Shown in pieces: positions 39,369 to 49,234 of a stretch of DNA of 64,000 nucleotides. The position numbers were made by a program, and so were the translations under genes. Source of the stretch: Candidatus Omnitrophota bacterium (lineage in GTDB: Bacteria; Omnitrophota; Gorgyraeia; Gygaellales; Profunditerraquicolaceae). The stretch is from NCBI GenBank assembly GCA_016867115.1, contig VGKG01000002.1:6449-70448 (forward strand), read 5' to 3'. The number at the start of each line of letters is the position of its first letter. Within the stretch, counting starts at the first letter, position 1. Below the pieces are notes generated by a model. It was not told the DNA's origin. It did not search any database and was given only the letters and a program-made list of their open reading frames with translations.

Positions 39369-40381
39369 TCATTGTCTTAAGGCCGGACGCAACCGAAGAA
39401 CAGATTAACCATATTATCGAAAAAGCCCAGAAACTGGGCTTGAAACCGCACGTCTCAAAAGGCGTTGAGCGTACCATTATCGGATTGATAGGCCCGGAGG
39501 ACATCTTAAGGGTCACGCCTTTAGAGGTCTTTCCCGGCGTCGAGAAAGTCATGCCGGTCCTTGCCCCGTATAAGCTCGTCTCGCGGGAGTTTAAGCGCGA
39601 AGATTCGGTCATTGACCTGGGCAAGGGCGTAAAGATCGGGGGAAAGCGCATTATCGTCATGGCCGGCCCCTGCGCTATTGAAAACCTGGATACGCTTTAC
39701 GGCGTAGCGCAGGAAGTGAAAAAGGCGGGAGCCACGGTCTTACGCGGAGGCGCGTTTAAGCCGCGTACTTCTCCTTACAGCTTTCAGGGGCTCGGAGAAG
39801 AGGGATTGAGATTTTTAAAAGAAGTCGGGGATAGATTGGACCTGGTCACCGTCACCGAGGTCATGGATCCCAGGGACGTGGATTTAGTGGCCCGTTACGC
39901 GGATGTTTTGCAGATCGGCGCGCGTAATATGCAGAACTTTAACCTGCTCAAAGAAGTAGGCATGACGAAGAAGCCGGTGCTCCTGAAGCGCGGGATGTCT
40001 TCGACGGTAAAGGAGCTCCTGATGTCCGCGGAATATATCCTCTCCGGAGGGAACTTCAACGTCATCCTCTGCGAGCGCGGGATCAGGACATTCGAGGATT
40101 TCACCCGTAATACCCTTGATATCAGCGTAGTGCCGGCAGTGGAGCAGCTTTCGCATCTGCCGATCATCGTCGATCCTTCTCACGCCGCCGGTAAATGGGG
40201 CATGGTCAGTCCTCTTTCTAAGGCGGCGGTCGCCTGCGGGGCAGACGGCCTGATCATCGAGGTGCATAGCCATCCCGAAGATGCCCTTTCTGACGGCGCG
40301 CAGTCGCTTAAGCCGGCTAATTTCGCCCAGTTGATGCAGGAGCTGAAAGTCCTGGCCGGGGTCTTAGGCAGGGAGTTGTAA
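39365..40381 (+). CDS. aroF: DAHP synthase (type I-beta, N-terminal regulatory domain)
   Basis: [34 protein letters not shown]. Confidence 0.94.
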   Translation: MIIVLRPDATEEQINHIIEKAQKLGLKPHVSKGVERTIIGLIGPEDILRVTPLEVFPGVEKVMPVLAPYKLVSREFKREDSVIDLGKGVKIGGKRIIVMAGPCAIENLDTLYGVAQEVKKAGATVLRGGAFKPRTSPYSFQGLGEEGLRFLKEVGDRLDLVTVTEVMDPRDVDLVARYADVLQIGARNMQNFNLLKEVGMTKKPVLLKRGMSSTVKELLMSAEYILSGGNFNVILCERGIRTFEDFTRNTLDISVVPAVEQLSHLPIIVDPSHAAGKWGMVSPLSKAAVACGADGLIIEVHSHPEDALSDGAQSLKPANFAQLMQELKVLAGVLGREL

Positions 40382-40385
40382 CCGG

Positions 40386-41216
40386 ATGAAGCTATTCAAG
40401 CAGGTCGCGATCGTAGGAACAGGCCTGGTCGGCGGTTCGCTGGCCCTGGCGATAAAAAAGAAGAGGCTTGCCGGTGAAGTGGTCGGAGTCAGCCGGCATA
40501 GAAGAAGTATTTGGCTGGCGAAAAAAAGAGGCGCCATTGACCGCGGTTCGCAGGAGCTGGATATCATCAAAGACGCCGACCTGGTCGTACTCTCCATGCC
40601 GGTTGGCGCGATCATGGAGCTCTCCCCGAAAATCGCCCGGATCATAAAGAAGGATTGCCTGGTCACGGATGTAGGCAGCACAAAAGCTGCTATCGTCGCG
40701 CGGCTTGAAAAGTGTTTTAAAAATTACCTGGGAAGCCATCCTTTGGCGGGCTCTGAAAAAAGAGGAATAGCCAATGCCGGCGCCGGGCTTTTCAAAGATT
40801 CGCTCTGTATTTTGACCCCTACCGGAAAGACCCCGAAGCGGGTATTGAGAAAGATGGAACTATTCTGGCAGGCGCTTGGCGCAAAGACCAGCGTCATCGA
40901 TCCGGCGGCTCACGATAAGGCCCTTTCCTTTACCAGCCACCTGCCGCATGTGGCGGCCTTTTCCCTGATCGATACCGTTCCGTCAGGCTTCGCGAAGCTT
41001 TCATCGACCGGATTAAGAGATACCACCCGGATCGCGGCTTCTGACAGCGAGCTCTGGAGCGAGATCTTTTTGAGTAACGCCGGAGCGCTCATCAGGGCCA
41101 TTGACGGCTACATTAAAAACTTACGCCGTACCAGAAGTGCGCTTAAAAGCAGGGACAAAAGGGCGCTGACCCGGATCCTTGCGCGGGCAAAAGAAAAAAG
41201 AACCAGGCTTCTATGA
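40386..41216 (+). CDS. tyrA: Prephenate/arogenate dehydrogenase
   Basis: GTGLVGGS, DVGSTK, HPLAGSE, SHLPH, RDTTRIA. Confidence 0.93.
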   Translation: MKLFKQVAIVGTGLVGGSLALAIKKKRLAGEVVGVSRHRRSIWLAKKRGAIDRGSQELDIIKDADLVVLSMPVGAIMELSPKIARIIKKDCLVTDVGSTKAAIVARLEKCFKNYLGSHPLAGSEKRGIANAGAGLFKDSLCILTPTGKTPKRVLRKMELFWQALGAKTSVIDPAAHDKALSFTSHLPHVAAFSLIDTVPSGFAKLSSTGLRDTTRIAASDSELWSEIFLSNAGALIRAIDGYIKNLRRTRSALKSRDKRALTRILARAKEKRTRLL

Positions 41217-41866
41217 TCATCGCCATTGACGGGCCTGCGGGAGCAGGCAAGTCCACAGTCGCCAAACTGATAGCCCAGAAACTGGGCTTTCTTTATATCG
41301 ATACCGGAGCGATGTACAGGGCGCTCACCCTGAAGGCGCTCGATGAAGGTATTGATATCGGAGATTCCGCGCGCATCATCGGCGCTGCCCGAGCAAGCGA
41401 CATCGAGCTGATCAATAATCATAACGGGACCCTTAAAGTGAAGCTTGACGGCAAGGACGTGAGCCTTGCGATCCGCGAACCGCGCATTACCCGCTTTGTC
41501 TCTGATATCGCTAAGATAAAAGAGGTGCGCGAGTGCATGGTTACGCTGCAGAGAAAGTTCGGCAGGAAGGGCGACTGCGTGCTTGATGGCCGCGATATCG
41601 GCACCGTAGTCTTTCCCGACGCGGATAAGAAGTTTTATATCGATGCCGCCTTTTCCGAGCGGGTCAGCCGCAGGCATAAGGAGCTTTTGGGCCTGGGGCA
41701 GAAGATCGGCTTTCAGGACGTAGAGCAGGACCTGAAAAACCGCGATACGATCGACTCAACGCGCGCGGTAGGGCCGCTTAAAAAAGCAGACGACGCCGTT
41801 TATGTCGATACCACGGACCTGACCATCGATGAGGTAGTGGCCAAAGTTTTAAGCTATATTAAATAG
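41213..41866 (+). CDS. cmk: Cytidylate kinase
   Basis: IAIDGPAGAGKST, DTGAMYR, DGRDIGTVVFPDA. Confidence 0.96.
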   Translation: MIIAIDGPAGAGKSTVAKLIAQKLGFLYIDTGAMYRALTLKALDEGIDIGDSARIIGAARASDIELINNHNGTLKVKLDGKDVSLAIREPRITRFVSDIAKIKEVRECMVTLQRKFGRKGDCVLDGRDIGTVVFPDADKKFYIDAAFSERVSRRHKELLGLGQKIGFQDVEQDLKNRDTIDSTRAVGPLKKADDAVYVDTTDLTIDEVVAKVLSYIK

Positions 41867-43663
41867 ATGGATAAATCATTAATCCGTAATTTCAGCATCA
41901 TCGCCCATATTGACCACGGCAAGTCTACTCTCGCAGACCGGATCCTGGAACTGACCGGAGCGGTGGACAGGCGGCATAAAGGCGACCAGCTCCTTGATGA
42001 CATGGACCTTGAGAAGGAGCGGGGTATTACTATCAAGGCCTCGATGGTCAGGCTCTCTTACCGCGCAAAGGACGGCAAAGATTACGTGCTTAACCTTATT
42101 GATACACCCGGCCACGTTGATTTTACTTACGAAGTCTCAAAATCCCTCTCCGCATGCGAGGGCGCGGTCCTGGTGATCGATGCCGGCCAGGGAATAGAAG
42201 CCCAGACCATTGCCAATTACTATCTTGCGCTTGAGAATAACCTTGAGATCATCCCGGTGATCAATAAGATCGACCTGACCAGCATTGACCTGCCTAAGGT
42301 TAAGCATCAGGTGGAGAATGTCCTCGGGTTTAAGGAGTCGGATATAATCCTGGCTTCGGCGAAGATGGGTCAAGGAATTGATGAGATCCTGGAGCGGGTG
42401 GTCAGCGTGATCCCTGCTCCCGCAGGCGAACCAGGGCATCCGCTTAAGGCGCTTATTTTTGACTGCCGCTATGACCCTTATAAGGGCGTGGTCATTTTTG
42501 CCAAGGTAGTGGACGGAAGTATTGACCCTAAGACGCAGTTAGAGATGATGCACTCGGGAAAGACCTACAGAATAGAGGAGCTGGGAGTTTTTAAGAACCT
42601 GCAATACTCCAAAGTCGATAGCCTAACCTGCGGCGAGGCCGGATATTTTACCGCCAACATCCGCGATCCGAGAGAGATCCTCATCGGAGACACGATCACC
42701 GACGTAAAGAACCCCTGCGGCGAAAGTCTACCAGGCTTTAGAAAACTCAAACCTCTGGTCTTCTGCGGCATCTATCCGGTGAACCCGGGAGATTTTCCGG
42801 AACTACGCGATGCCATGGATAAACTGAAGCTTTCGGATGCCTCATTTGTCTTTGAACCGGAGAACTCCCAGTCATTCGGCACGGGGTTCCGCTGCGGATT
42901 CCTCGGGCTCCTGCACATGGAGATTGTCCAGGAGCGCCTTGAGCGCGAATACAACCTGAACCTGATACTTACCGTTCCTAATGTAGTCTATCGCCTGACT
43001 CTAAGGGACGGCACGGCTATAGACGTGGACACTCCGGCCAAACTGCCTGAAGCTACAGAGATCGCCGAGGCCTTTGAGCCTTGCGTCAAACTGATGATGA
43101 TCATTCCTATTGACGCTATCGACCCGGTCTGCGACTTCACTAAGTCGCGCCGGGGTACCTTTAAATCCAGCGAATATCTGGGAGAGGACAGGGTTAAGTT
43201 AAATTTTGAGATCCCGCTTTCAGAGATCATCGTGGATTTTTACGATAACCTGAAATCCCAGACCAAGGGCTATGGATCTCTGGATTACGAGTTCAGCGGA
43301 TATCAACCGATAAAGCTGGTGAAGCTGGATGTAATGATCAACGGCAACATCTGCGATGCCTTTTCATCGCTTATGGCCAGGGAAAAGGCATATGCCCGCG
43401 CGCATGCGCTGGTGAATAAGCTTAAAGAGTTGATCCCCCGGCAGCTTTTTGAGGTGGCGATCCAGGCAACGGTGGCAGGCCAGATCCTGGCCTCGGCAAA
43501 GGTGCGCTCCGTAGGTAAGCACGTCACTGCCAAATGCTACGGCGGAGACATCACCCGTAAGCGTAAGCTCTGGGAGCAGCAGAAGCAGGGAAAGAAGAGG
43601 CTGAAGCAATTCGGGAAAGTCGAGATCCCGCAGGAGGCATTCCTGGAGGTGCTCAAAATATGA
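41867..43663 (+). CDS. lepA: Elongation factor 4
   Basis: IRNFSIIAHIDHGKST, GFRCGFLGLLH, KCYGGDITRKRKL. Confidence 0.98.
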   Translation: MDKSLIRNFSIIAHIDHGKSTLADRILELTGAVDRRHKGDQLLDDMDLEKERGITIKASMVRLSYRAKDGKDYVLNLIDTPGHVDFTYEVSKSLSACEGAVLVIDAGQGIEAQTIANYYLALENNLEIIPVINKIDLTSIDLPKVKHQVENVLGFKESDIILASAKMGQGIDEILERVVSVIPAPAGEPGHPLKALIFDCRYDPYKGVVIFAKVVDGSIDPKTQLEMMHSGKTYRIEELGVFKNLQYSKVDSLTCGEAGYFTANIRDPREILIGDTITDVKNPCGESLPGFRKLKPLVFCGIYPVNPGDFPELRDAMDKLKLSDASFVFEPENSQSFGTGFRCGFLGLLHMEIVQERLEREYNLNLILTVPNVVYRLTLRDGTAIDVDTPAKLPEATEIAEAFEPCVKLMMIIPIDAIDPVCDFTKSRRGTFKSSEYLGEDRVKLNFEIPLSEIIVDFYDNLKSQTKGYGSLDYEFSGYQPIKLVKLDVMINGNICDAFSSLMAREKAYARAHALVNKLKELIPRQLFEVAIQATVAGQILASAKVRSVGKHVTAKCYGGDITRKRKLWEQQKQGKKRLKQFGKVEIPQEAFLEVLKI

Positions 43664-44589
43664 TGAAATACAGGAAGAAGATACTTGCCAGAATACTCCG
43701 GAAAGAACAGGGCAATATTGCGCGATTTATGGCGGATCTGGCTTCCTTTGCCGGAAGGGCCGCTGATTTTGCGGAATCAGTAGCCTCCACCGACCCCTTT
43801 CTCTCGTTGAAACTGCGCGATTCCTGCGTTCCGGTAAAGAGGCTTGATCTGAACAAGATTGAGGGTTTTCTTGCTGCCTGGCACTGCCTGGATGGTATTC
43901 AGGAGTCCCTGACCCGGCTGTTGGCACAGTTTAAAAAGAGGAAGGCGGCAGAGCAGATAAAAAAGGCGGAAGCGCTGCTTAGCGAAATAGAGCCGCTTTC
44001 CGGCGCCGTAAAAGGCGCCATCCGCAAGGTGCATATATTTGACTGGATAGATTCCCTGGTCTTCGCTTTTGTGCTGGCGATGTTCATCCGCACCTTCTTT
44101 GTGCAGGCCTTTAAGATACCCACCGGCTCCATGCGTCCGACGCTTTTAGAGGGCGACCTGATCCTGGTGAATAAGTTCATTTACGGCGCCAAGATCCCCT
44201 TTACCAAGAATATGAGGCTGCCTCCGGTAGGGGATTTACAGCGTGGAGATGTCATCGTCTTTATCTATCCTGAAGACCCCAAGAAGGATTTTATCAAGCG
44301 CCTGGTAGGTCTGCCGGGTGAAACCGTAGAAATCAAAAACGGAACGATCTATATCAACGGCTACCCACTTACTGATTCTGTCTTCGGCCGTATCTTCTAT
44401 TACAACATGGGCGATTTTGAGAAGAGCGGTTTTAAAATCAATGTCCCCGGAGACAGTTATTTTGTGCTGGGGGATAATTCCGCTTCCAGCAAAGACAGCC
44501 GCTACTGGGGTTTTGTGCCGCGCAAGAACATCATCGGTAAGGCCATGATCATCTATTTCCCGCCCCAGAGGATAAGGATTATTAAGTGA
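43660..44589 (+). CDS. lepB: Signal peptidase I with N-terminal extension
   Basis: IPTGSMRPTL, FIKRLVGLPGE, GDNSASSKDSRYWG; follows lepA. Confidence 0.93.
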   Translation: MMKYRKKILARILRKEQGNIARFMADLASFAGRAADFAESVASTDPFLSLKLRDSCVPVKRLDLNKIEGFLAAWHCLDGIQESLTRLLAQFKKRKAAEQIKKAEALLSEIEPLSGAVKGAIRKVHIFDWIDSLVFAFVLAMFIRTFFVQAFKIPTGSMRPTLLEGDLILVNKFIYGAKIPFTKNMRLPPVGDLQRGDVIVFIYPEDPKKDFIKRLVGLPGETVEIKNGTIYINGYPLTDSVFGRIFYYNMGDFEKSGFKINVPGDSYFVLGDNSASSKDSRYWGFVPRKNIIGKAMIIYFPPQRIRIIK

Positions 44590-44705
44590 GCACATAAGTT
44601 ATGGAGCAACCGACCATAATATTTAGCGACATAACTTATGTGTGCGAACTTACTCACTGCGTATTGATTTGGGAACGGTTCTTTGTGAGCAAATCAGCAG
44701 TGAGG
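44583..44705 (-). repeat. Inverted partial copy of the structured repeat plus a further hairpin
   Basis: Reverse complement of 44583-44645 ends GCTCCATAACTTATGTGCTCACTTA, similar to GCTCCATAAGTTGTCTGCTCATTTA at 11412-11436; second hairpin CTCACTGC..GCAGTGAG. Confidence 0.6.
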
Positions 44706-44723
44706 ACAAGGATAAGATTAAAG

Positions 44724-44843
44724 TAACATCGCCTCAAGTAGCCTAGGGCGGCCTAAATTCGCAGACGCCGGACTTAATTAAACGAGGCAGCTACACTTTA
44801 TGTTCGCTCACAAAAGTTCGCTCCATAAAGTGTCTGCTCATTT
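44724..44843 (+). repeat. Third copy of ~120-nt two-hairpin element, abutting pgsA ATG
   Basis: CATCGCCTC..CTAGGGCG, TAAATTCGCAGACGC, TAATTAAACGAGGCAGCTAC, TATGTTCGCT..TTCGCTCCATA..TGTCTGCTCATTT-ATG. Confidence 0.85.
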
Positions 44844-45410
44844 ATGAATATTGCCAACAAAATCTCAACCTTTCGCATCCTCACTGTCCCCTTTTTCATC
44901 GCCTGCCTGATCTACTATACTCCGGAAAGGGATTATCTCAGGTTTCTGGCTCTGGGCATCTTTGTCCTGGCGGTAATTTCCGATGCCGTTGACGGTTATA
45001 TCGCCCGTAAAGCTAAATTACAGTCTAAAGCGGGGCTTGTGCTTGACCCGCTGGGAGATAAGCTCATCCTGATGAGCGCCTTTATACTGCTTTCTCCCAT
45101 GAGCCAGATGGAGTTCACCTTTCCGCTCTGGGTGACCTATATTATTGTGAGCCGCGATTGTATCATCCTCCTGGGGATGCTGGTGATATACCTGGTCAAA
45201 CAGAACGTGGAGGTGCATCCCAGCCGCTGGGGCAAGGTTACTACGACTTTCCAGATGTTCTCGGTGATCGCGGTCCTGGTCCAGTTAAGGCTGACCGCTG
45301 TGGCCCTCTGGTGGATCGCGGTCCTGCTTACCCTCATCTCCGGCATTGATTACGTCAGAAAGGGGTTTAAGATCCTTTATGCTCTGGATAATCAGCGCGG
45401 CAGTCATTAG
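44844..45410 (+). CDS. pgsA: CDP-alcohol phosphatidyltransferase (PgsA-like)
   Basis: NIANKISTFRI, DAVDGYIAR...G..LDPLGDK, WGKVTT. Confidence 0.88.
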   Translation: MNIANKISTFRILTVPFFIACLIYYTPERDYLRFLALGIFVLAVISDAVDGYIARKAKLQSKAGLVLDPLGDKLILMSAFILLSPMSQMEFTFPLWVTYIIVSRDCIILLGMLVIYLVKQNVEVHPSRWGKVTTTFQMFSVIAVLVQLRLTAVALWWIAVLLTLISGIDYVRKGFKILYALDNQRGSH

Positions 45411-46017
45411 TTACCTGGTCGGCTCTATCCCTACGGCTTATATCTTTGGCCGCCTTCTTAAAGGCATCGATATCCGGCAGTGCGGCTCAGGCAATGTCGG
45501 CGCAACCAATGCCCTGCGGGTCATGGGAAAGGGCGCAGGCATCACCATACTTATCCTGGATATGTTAAAGGGCTTTATCGTGACTGTCTTCCTTGCTGAC
45601 CAGGCGTTGATCCAAAGCCGGATCCTTTCCGAAGAGGCTTTAAGGGTCTTGTTGGGCGTCGGCGCCATCTGCGGGCACAACTGGACCTTATTCCTCAGGT
45701 TTAAGGGAGGAAAGGGGATTGCAACTACCCTGGGAGTATTACTGGGCCTGGCTTTGCGCCTGCCCGGATTATGGGCGGTTTTTCTGACGATGGTCCTGAC
45801 CTGGGGCATCTTTTTTACCGTCATAAAGATCGTCTCCGTCGCCTCGGTAATAATGGGCATAGCCCTGCCTTTCTACATGTTTTTATTCACCCGCTCTAAG
45901 TTCCTGGTTCTTTTCGGGACACTGCTTTCTCTATTGATCATCTTACGCCACCGTCTTAACCTCATCAGATTCTTGCAAGGAAAAGAGCCCCGCCTCGATT
46001 TTAAAAAATCAAAGTAG
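45379..46017 (+). CDS. plsY: Glycerol-3-phosphate acyltransferase PlsY
   Basis: YLVGSIP, GSGNVGATN, GHNW..F..FKGGKGIAT, RHRLNL. Confidence 0.95.
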   Translation: MLWIISAAVISYLVGSIPTAYIFGRLLKGIDIRQCGSGNVGATNALRVMGKGAGITILILDMLKGFIVTVFLADQALIQSRILSEEALRVLLGVGAICGHNWTLFLRFKGGKGIATTLGVLLGLALRLPGLWAVFLTMVLTWGIFFTVIKIVSVASVIMGIALPFYMFLFTRSKFLVLFGTLLSLLIILRHRLNLIRFLQGKEPRLDFKKSK

Positions 46018-46031
46018 TTTTAGGCCGCTTT

Positions 46032-46092
46032 TGGTAGCGCTTTCAAAAATAGCTAAAATACCCTTGAAATGGGCAGATGCCGGCTACATACT
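46032..46092 (+). promoter_or_regulatory. cre/LacI-like site and putative promoter of a non-coding transcript
   Basis: TGGTAGCGCTTTCA 46032-46045; TTGAAA 46064-46069, N17, CATACT 46087-46092. Confidence 0.5.
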
Positions 46093-46098
46093 TTAGTT

Positions 46099-46244
46099 AA
46101 GATTTAAGAAGCTCCCCGCCAGCCACGAAGAGGATAGGGGAAGAGCCGGGTTGCCCAGATAAATAGGAGGAATAAATAAATTAGGGGGGACCCGGCATTT
46201 TTTTAGCATCTTAAAGCGGATTTTATAAAAAGTCCGCTTTTTTT
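46099..46244 (+). ncRNA. Candidate small RNA or attenuated leader
   Basis: Between a putative promoter and an intrinsic terminator; stem GCCGGGT/ACCCGGC around an A/G-rich loop; no credible ORF. Confidence 0.35.
46213..46244 (+). terminator. Intrinsic terminator
   Basis: AAAGCGGATTTT..AAAAGTCCGCTTT followed by T-run. Confidence 0.75.
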
Positions 46245-46298
46245 ATTTTTATAACTTTTTGGCGGGGAGCATGTTACAAAATCGAATAAAAATTTTTA

Positions 46299-46326
46299 TT
46301 GACAATTACAAAATTTTGTATATAAT
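46299..46326 (+). promoter_or_regulatory. Sigma70 promoter of the 958-aa gene
   Basis: TTGACA-N16-TATAAT. Confidence 0.7.
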
Positions 46327-46354
46327 AATGAAGTAAGTAAGAATAAGTAAGAAT

Positions 46355-49231
46355 ATGACGAAAAACATATCGATTCTATCGCTAATTTTCATCCTCCTTG
46401 TTTCCGTCTTGCCGGTAGGCTCCGTATTTGCCGGCACGCAAGCAGTGGATTATTTGTGCCAGCTGGGCGAAACTTTTTACAAACTCGGTAAATATGAAGA
46501 TGCGCTATCCGAGTTTAATAAGGCATTAGCCGCTGATCCGGGCAATCCGGTGGCTAAGAAATATATTGAAGAGATTTTTAAAGCAGAAAGCAGCCAGGTA
46601 GCTAAATCGGAACCCGAGGCCGGGATGCCTGAAAGCAGGATAAAGAAGGAAGTTAAGCCGGCTATTGCAATAGTCAAAGAGCTTCAGGCAAAGCCTGTGC
46701 CGGAAATCCAGCCGGCAAGCCCTGCGCCAGCTGTCAAAGAAGCTCCGGTTGCGGCTGCCGGATCTAGCCTGCCTTCCCGCGATGAGATGATCAATAATGC
46801 CTTTGCCCAGGCCGGAGCATGGATGAAACCTGCTCCTGTAGCTGGAGAATCCGCTAAGAGCGACGAGCGGTTCAAGATAGGCCCGATCAAGATCAGCGGC
46901 GAAGTGCAGCTAAGGGGCGGATTTACCCGTCATGACGCTTATTGGAAGCGCGCAAACTGGGATTTGAACGAAAAGAACTGGCGCATGCTTTCGGTAAATG
47001 CTCTTGATCAGCGCGAGAATACCTATGATCCGAGGATTTACGACCGGCTCAGGCTCGACCTGAATACTGACAACGGAGAGGGATTCGATTTTCACAGCAA
47101 TATCATGGTTGACCCCTGGAGTTTTATCGGTAAAAGCGAGAAGATCACTCTTACCGGTCCGGGCGGGGGCGGAGACCCTGCGGAGATAGAGCTCAAATAC
47201 TGGTCAAATACCGGTTATACAGTGAATGAAAGAGTCTATACCCTTAGAAACGGAGATTCCTTTAATCTTCCGGAGATCAAAGTGCAGGAAGGCCGTATCA
47301 GCACGCCGGTGACAGTCACTTCGGCTTTCGGCAATACCTATACTATCCCGCAGGTGAAGATCCACCGCTATTTTCAGCCGGTAAGGGAGTTCTGGTTCGA
47401 CTATAAACAGGACGACCTGAAACTGCGGGTGTACCCGATCGCTTATGAGAATCAGACTCTTACTTTTGATGACCCCTTACGCCTCTGCGGCAACCGCATC
47501 TGGTGGGAGGAGAGCCCCTGGATAAGGCGCTGGAGGCACGGTAATTTTAATAGCGGGGCAAGCCCGGTGGATTTTACCAGGGGCAATTGGGATAATTCCC
47601 TCTCCTTTTTTGCCCGTGACAGCGAAGCCCGGCGCCTGACGGCGCTGCGTGGTTTTTCCTTTGAATATATGCCTGCCGAAGGCACGACGCTGCAGACCAG
47701 CGTGGCTACACCAAAAGACCCCTGGCAGGAGTATTCGGACGTGGATAATTTTGTCTCTGCCACGCGGCTGAAGCACGCGCTCACCGACAGTATCGACCTG
47801 GGGGTGACTGCCACTACCCGTTTTGGTTATAATGTGGACAACCATAACAAGCTGGATGCGCGTAATTACGTCACTGCCGCGGATGTGGGTTATGAAATAA
47901 CAAACGGCATAAAAACCCTCTTTGAAGTCGCGCACTCACAGTCTAAATACGACATCACCAGCCCTATTTATGAGAGTCAATTCAACGGCTGGGCTTATAA
48001 TTTCTCTATTTTAGGCAGATTTCCCGCAGAGAGCATCATGAATACAGAGTATGGTTATTTCGGGATCCAGCCGGGAGAGCAGGAGCGGTTCTTTACCAAG
48101 TTTCGCTTCTTTGCCAACCGTATGGACGATTCTTTTGACGAGCCGCTCTCATCATACCGGGAGACGCGCGACGACGAATGGTGGGGAAGGCACATCCACT
48201 TTAAGAAACCCTATAAATACAATTTCCAGGGTGAAGGTCAGCTATTAAGCTGGGATGACATTAAGAACTTCAAAGTCGGAAACGGCATAGACATCGGCCG
48301 GGATGTCTTTGGCCTGCGCGTTGAGTCGCTGCTTTGGGATAAGAAAGTGGATAACCTTTTTGATGCGCGTAATGTCCATGCCCGGGATGGAAAGTTCATT
48401 GAACAGACTTTTAGGGAAGAGCTTACCTGGCAGATGACCGACAGGCTTACTTCCAAGGTGCTTGGGCTCTACAACCGCCTGCCTAAGACGCATAAGGGGG
48501 TTGATCCTTTTGTCTTTGAGCCGGTCACCGGAAGATTCTTTATCAATGATTATATCGAAGACGGCAAAGACCCCTCTATAGCTACCGGGTCGCTCGGCCT
48601 TGAATACGAGTTTTATGATTGGCTTGCTTTAAACGGGATCTGGGAATACACCAACGACATCTCACTCGCCTATGATAATTTCCCGCGGGGGATCTTAAAT
48701 GACGGGAACCAGGCATACATATTTTATGATGAAGCCCTGAGATACCGCGACAGGCTCAACTGGCTTTACGGCCAGGAGCATTTTGCCCGGCCGCCGTATC
48801 CTTTTTACAACATCTTTAAGGCGGGTTTAAGATTCGACCCGATCGAAAATATGGAGATCTACCTGGATTATACGCGTAACCCCTTTGAAAAGGCGGGACA
48901 GGTCGACGATAATATGAACCATATCGGATTTCAGCTCTCTTACACGCCGATGCGCAAGTTATCCTTTTTCCTGAAATACACCTATTCGCGCTGGCAGGAC
49001 CTGGATAAGCTGGTGCAGAACATCAATAAGGTCTACGGCCACCACAATGCCTTTGCCGAGATCATCTACCGTAAATCGGAGGATGAGGACCTGACCCTGC
49101 AGTTCGGCGAGGCCAGCCGCAACCCCTACGGAGGGGATGTGCTGGATATCACCTGGGACCCTTACGGCGGCTCCCTAAGGACCATCGATACGCAGCACAT
49201 CTACCGCCTCTACTATCGCCGGAAGTTTTAA
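46355..49231 (+). CDS. Secreted TPR protein with a large probable outer-membrane beta-barrel domain
   Basis: Signal peptide, TPR (LGETFYKLGKYEDALSEFNKAL), Pro/Ala linker, Y/W/F/D-rich body, C-terminus YRLYYRRKF. Confidence 0.7.
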   Translation: MTKNISILSLIFILLVSVLPVGSVFAGTQAVDYLCQLGETFYKLGKYEDALSEFNKALAADPGNPVAKKYIEEIFKAESSQVAKSEPEAGMPESRIKKEVKPAIAIVKELQAKPVPEIQPASPAPAVKEAPVAAAGSSLPSRDEMINNAFAQAGAWMKPAPVAGESAKSDERFKIGPIKISGEVQLRGGFTRHDAYWKRANWDLNEKNWRMLSVNALDQRENTYDPRIYDRLRLDLNTDNGEGFDFHSNIMVDPWSFIGKSEKITLTGPGGGGDPAEIELKYWSNTGYTVNERVYTLRNGDSFNLPEIKVQEGRISTPVTVTSAFGNTYTIPQVKIHRYFQPVREFWFDYKQDDLKLRVYPIAYENQTLTFDDPLRLCGNRIWWEESPWIRRWRHGNFNSGASPVDFTRGNWDNSLSFFARDSEARRLTALRGFSFEYMPAEGTTLQTSVATPKDPWQEYSDVDNFVSATRLKHALTDSIDLGVTATTRFGYNVDNHNKLDARNYVTAADVGYEITNGIKTLFEVAHSQSKYDITSPIYESQFNGWAYNFSILGRFPAESIMNTEYGYFGIQPGEQERFFTKFRFFANRMDDSFDEPLSSYRETRDDEWWGRHIHFKKPYKYNFQGEGQLLSWDDIKNFKVGNGIDIGRDVFGLRVESLLWDKKVDNLFDARNVHARDGKFIEQTFREELTWQMTDRLTSKVLGLYNRLPKTHKGVDPFVFEPVTGRFFINDYIEDGKDPSIATGSLGLEYEFYDWLALNGIWEYTNDISLAYDNFPRGILNDGNQAYIFYDEALRYRDRLNWLYGQEHFARPPYPFYNIFKAGLRFDPIENMEIYLDYTRNPFEKAGQVDDNMNHIGFQLSYTPMRKLSFFLKYTYSRWQDLDKLVQNINKVYGHHNAFAEIIYRKSEDEDLTLQFGEASRNPYGGDVLDITWDPYGGSLRTIDTQHIYRLYYRRKF

Positions 49232-49234
49232 AAA

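Noticed and set aside
46332-46354. TAAGTAAGAA duplication before the 958-aa gene
   Set aside because: Only two short AT-rich copies; cannot be distinguished from slippage
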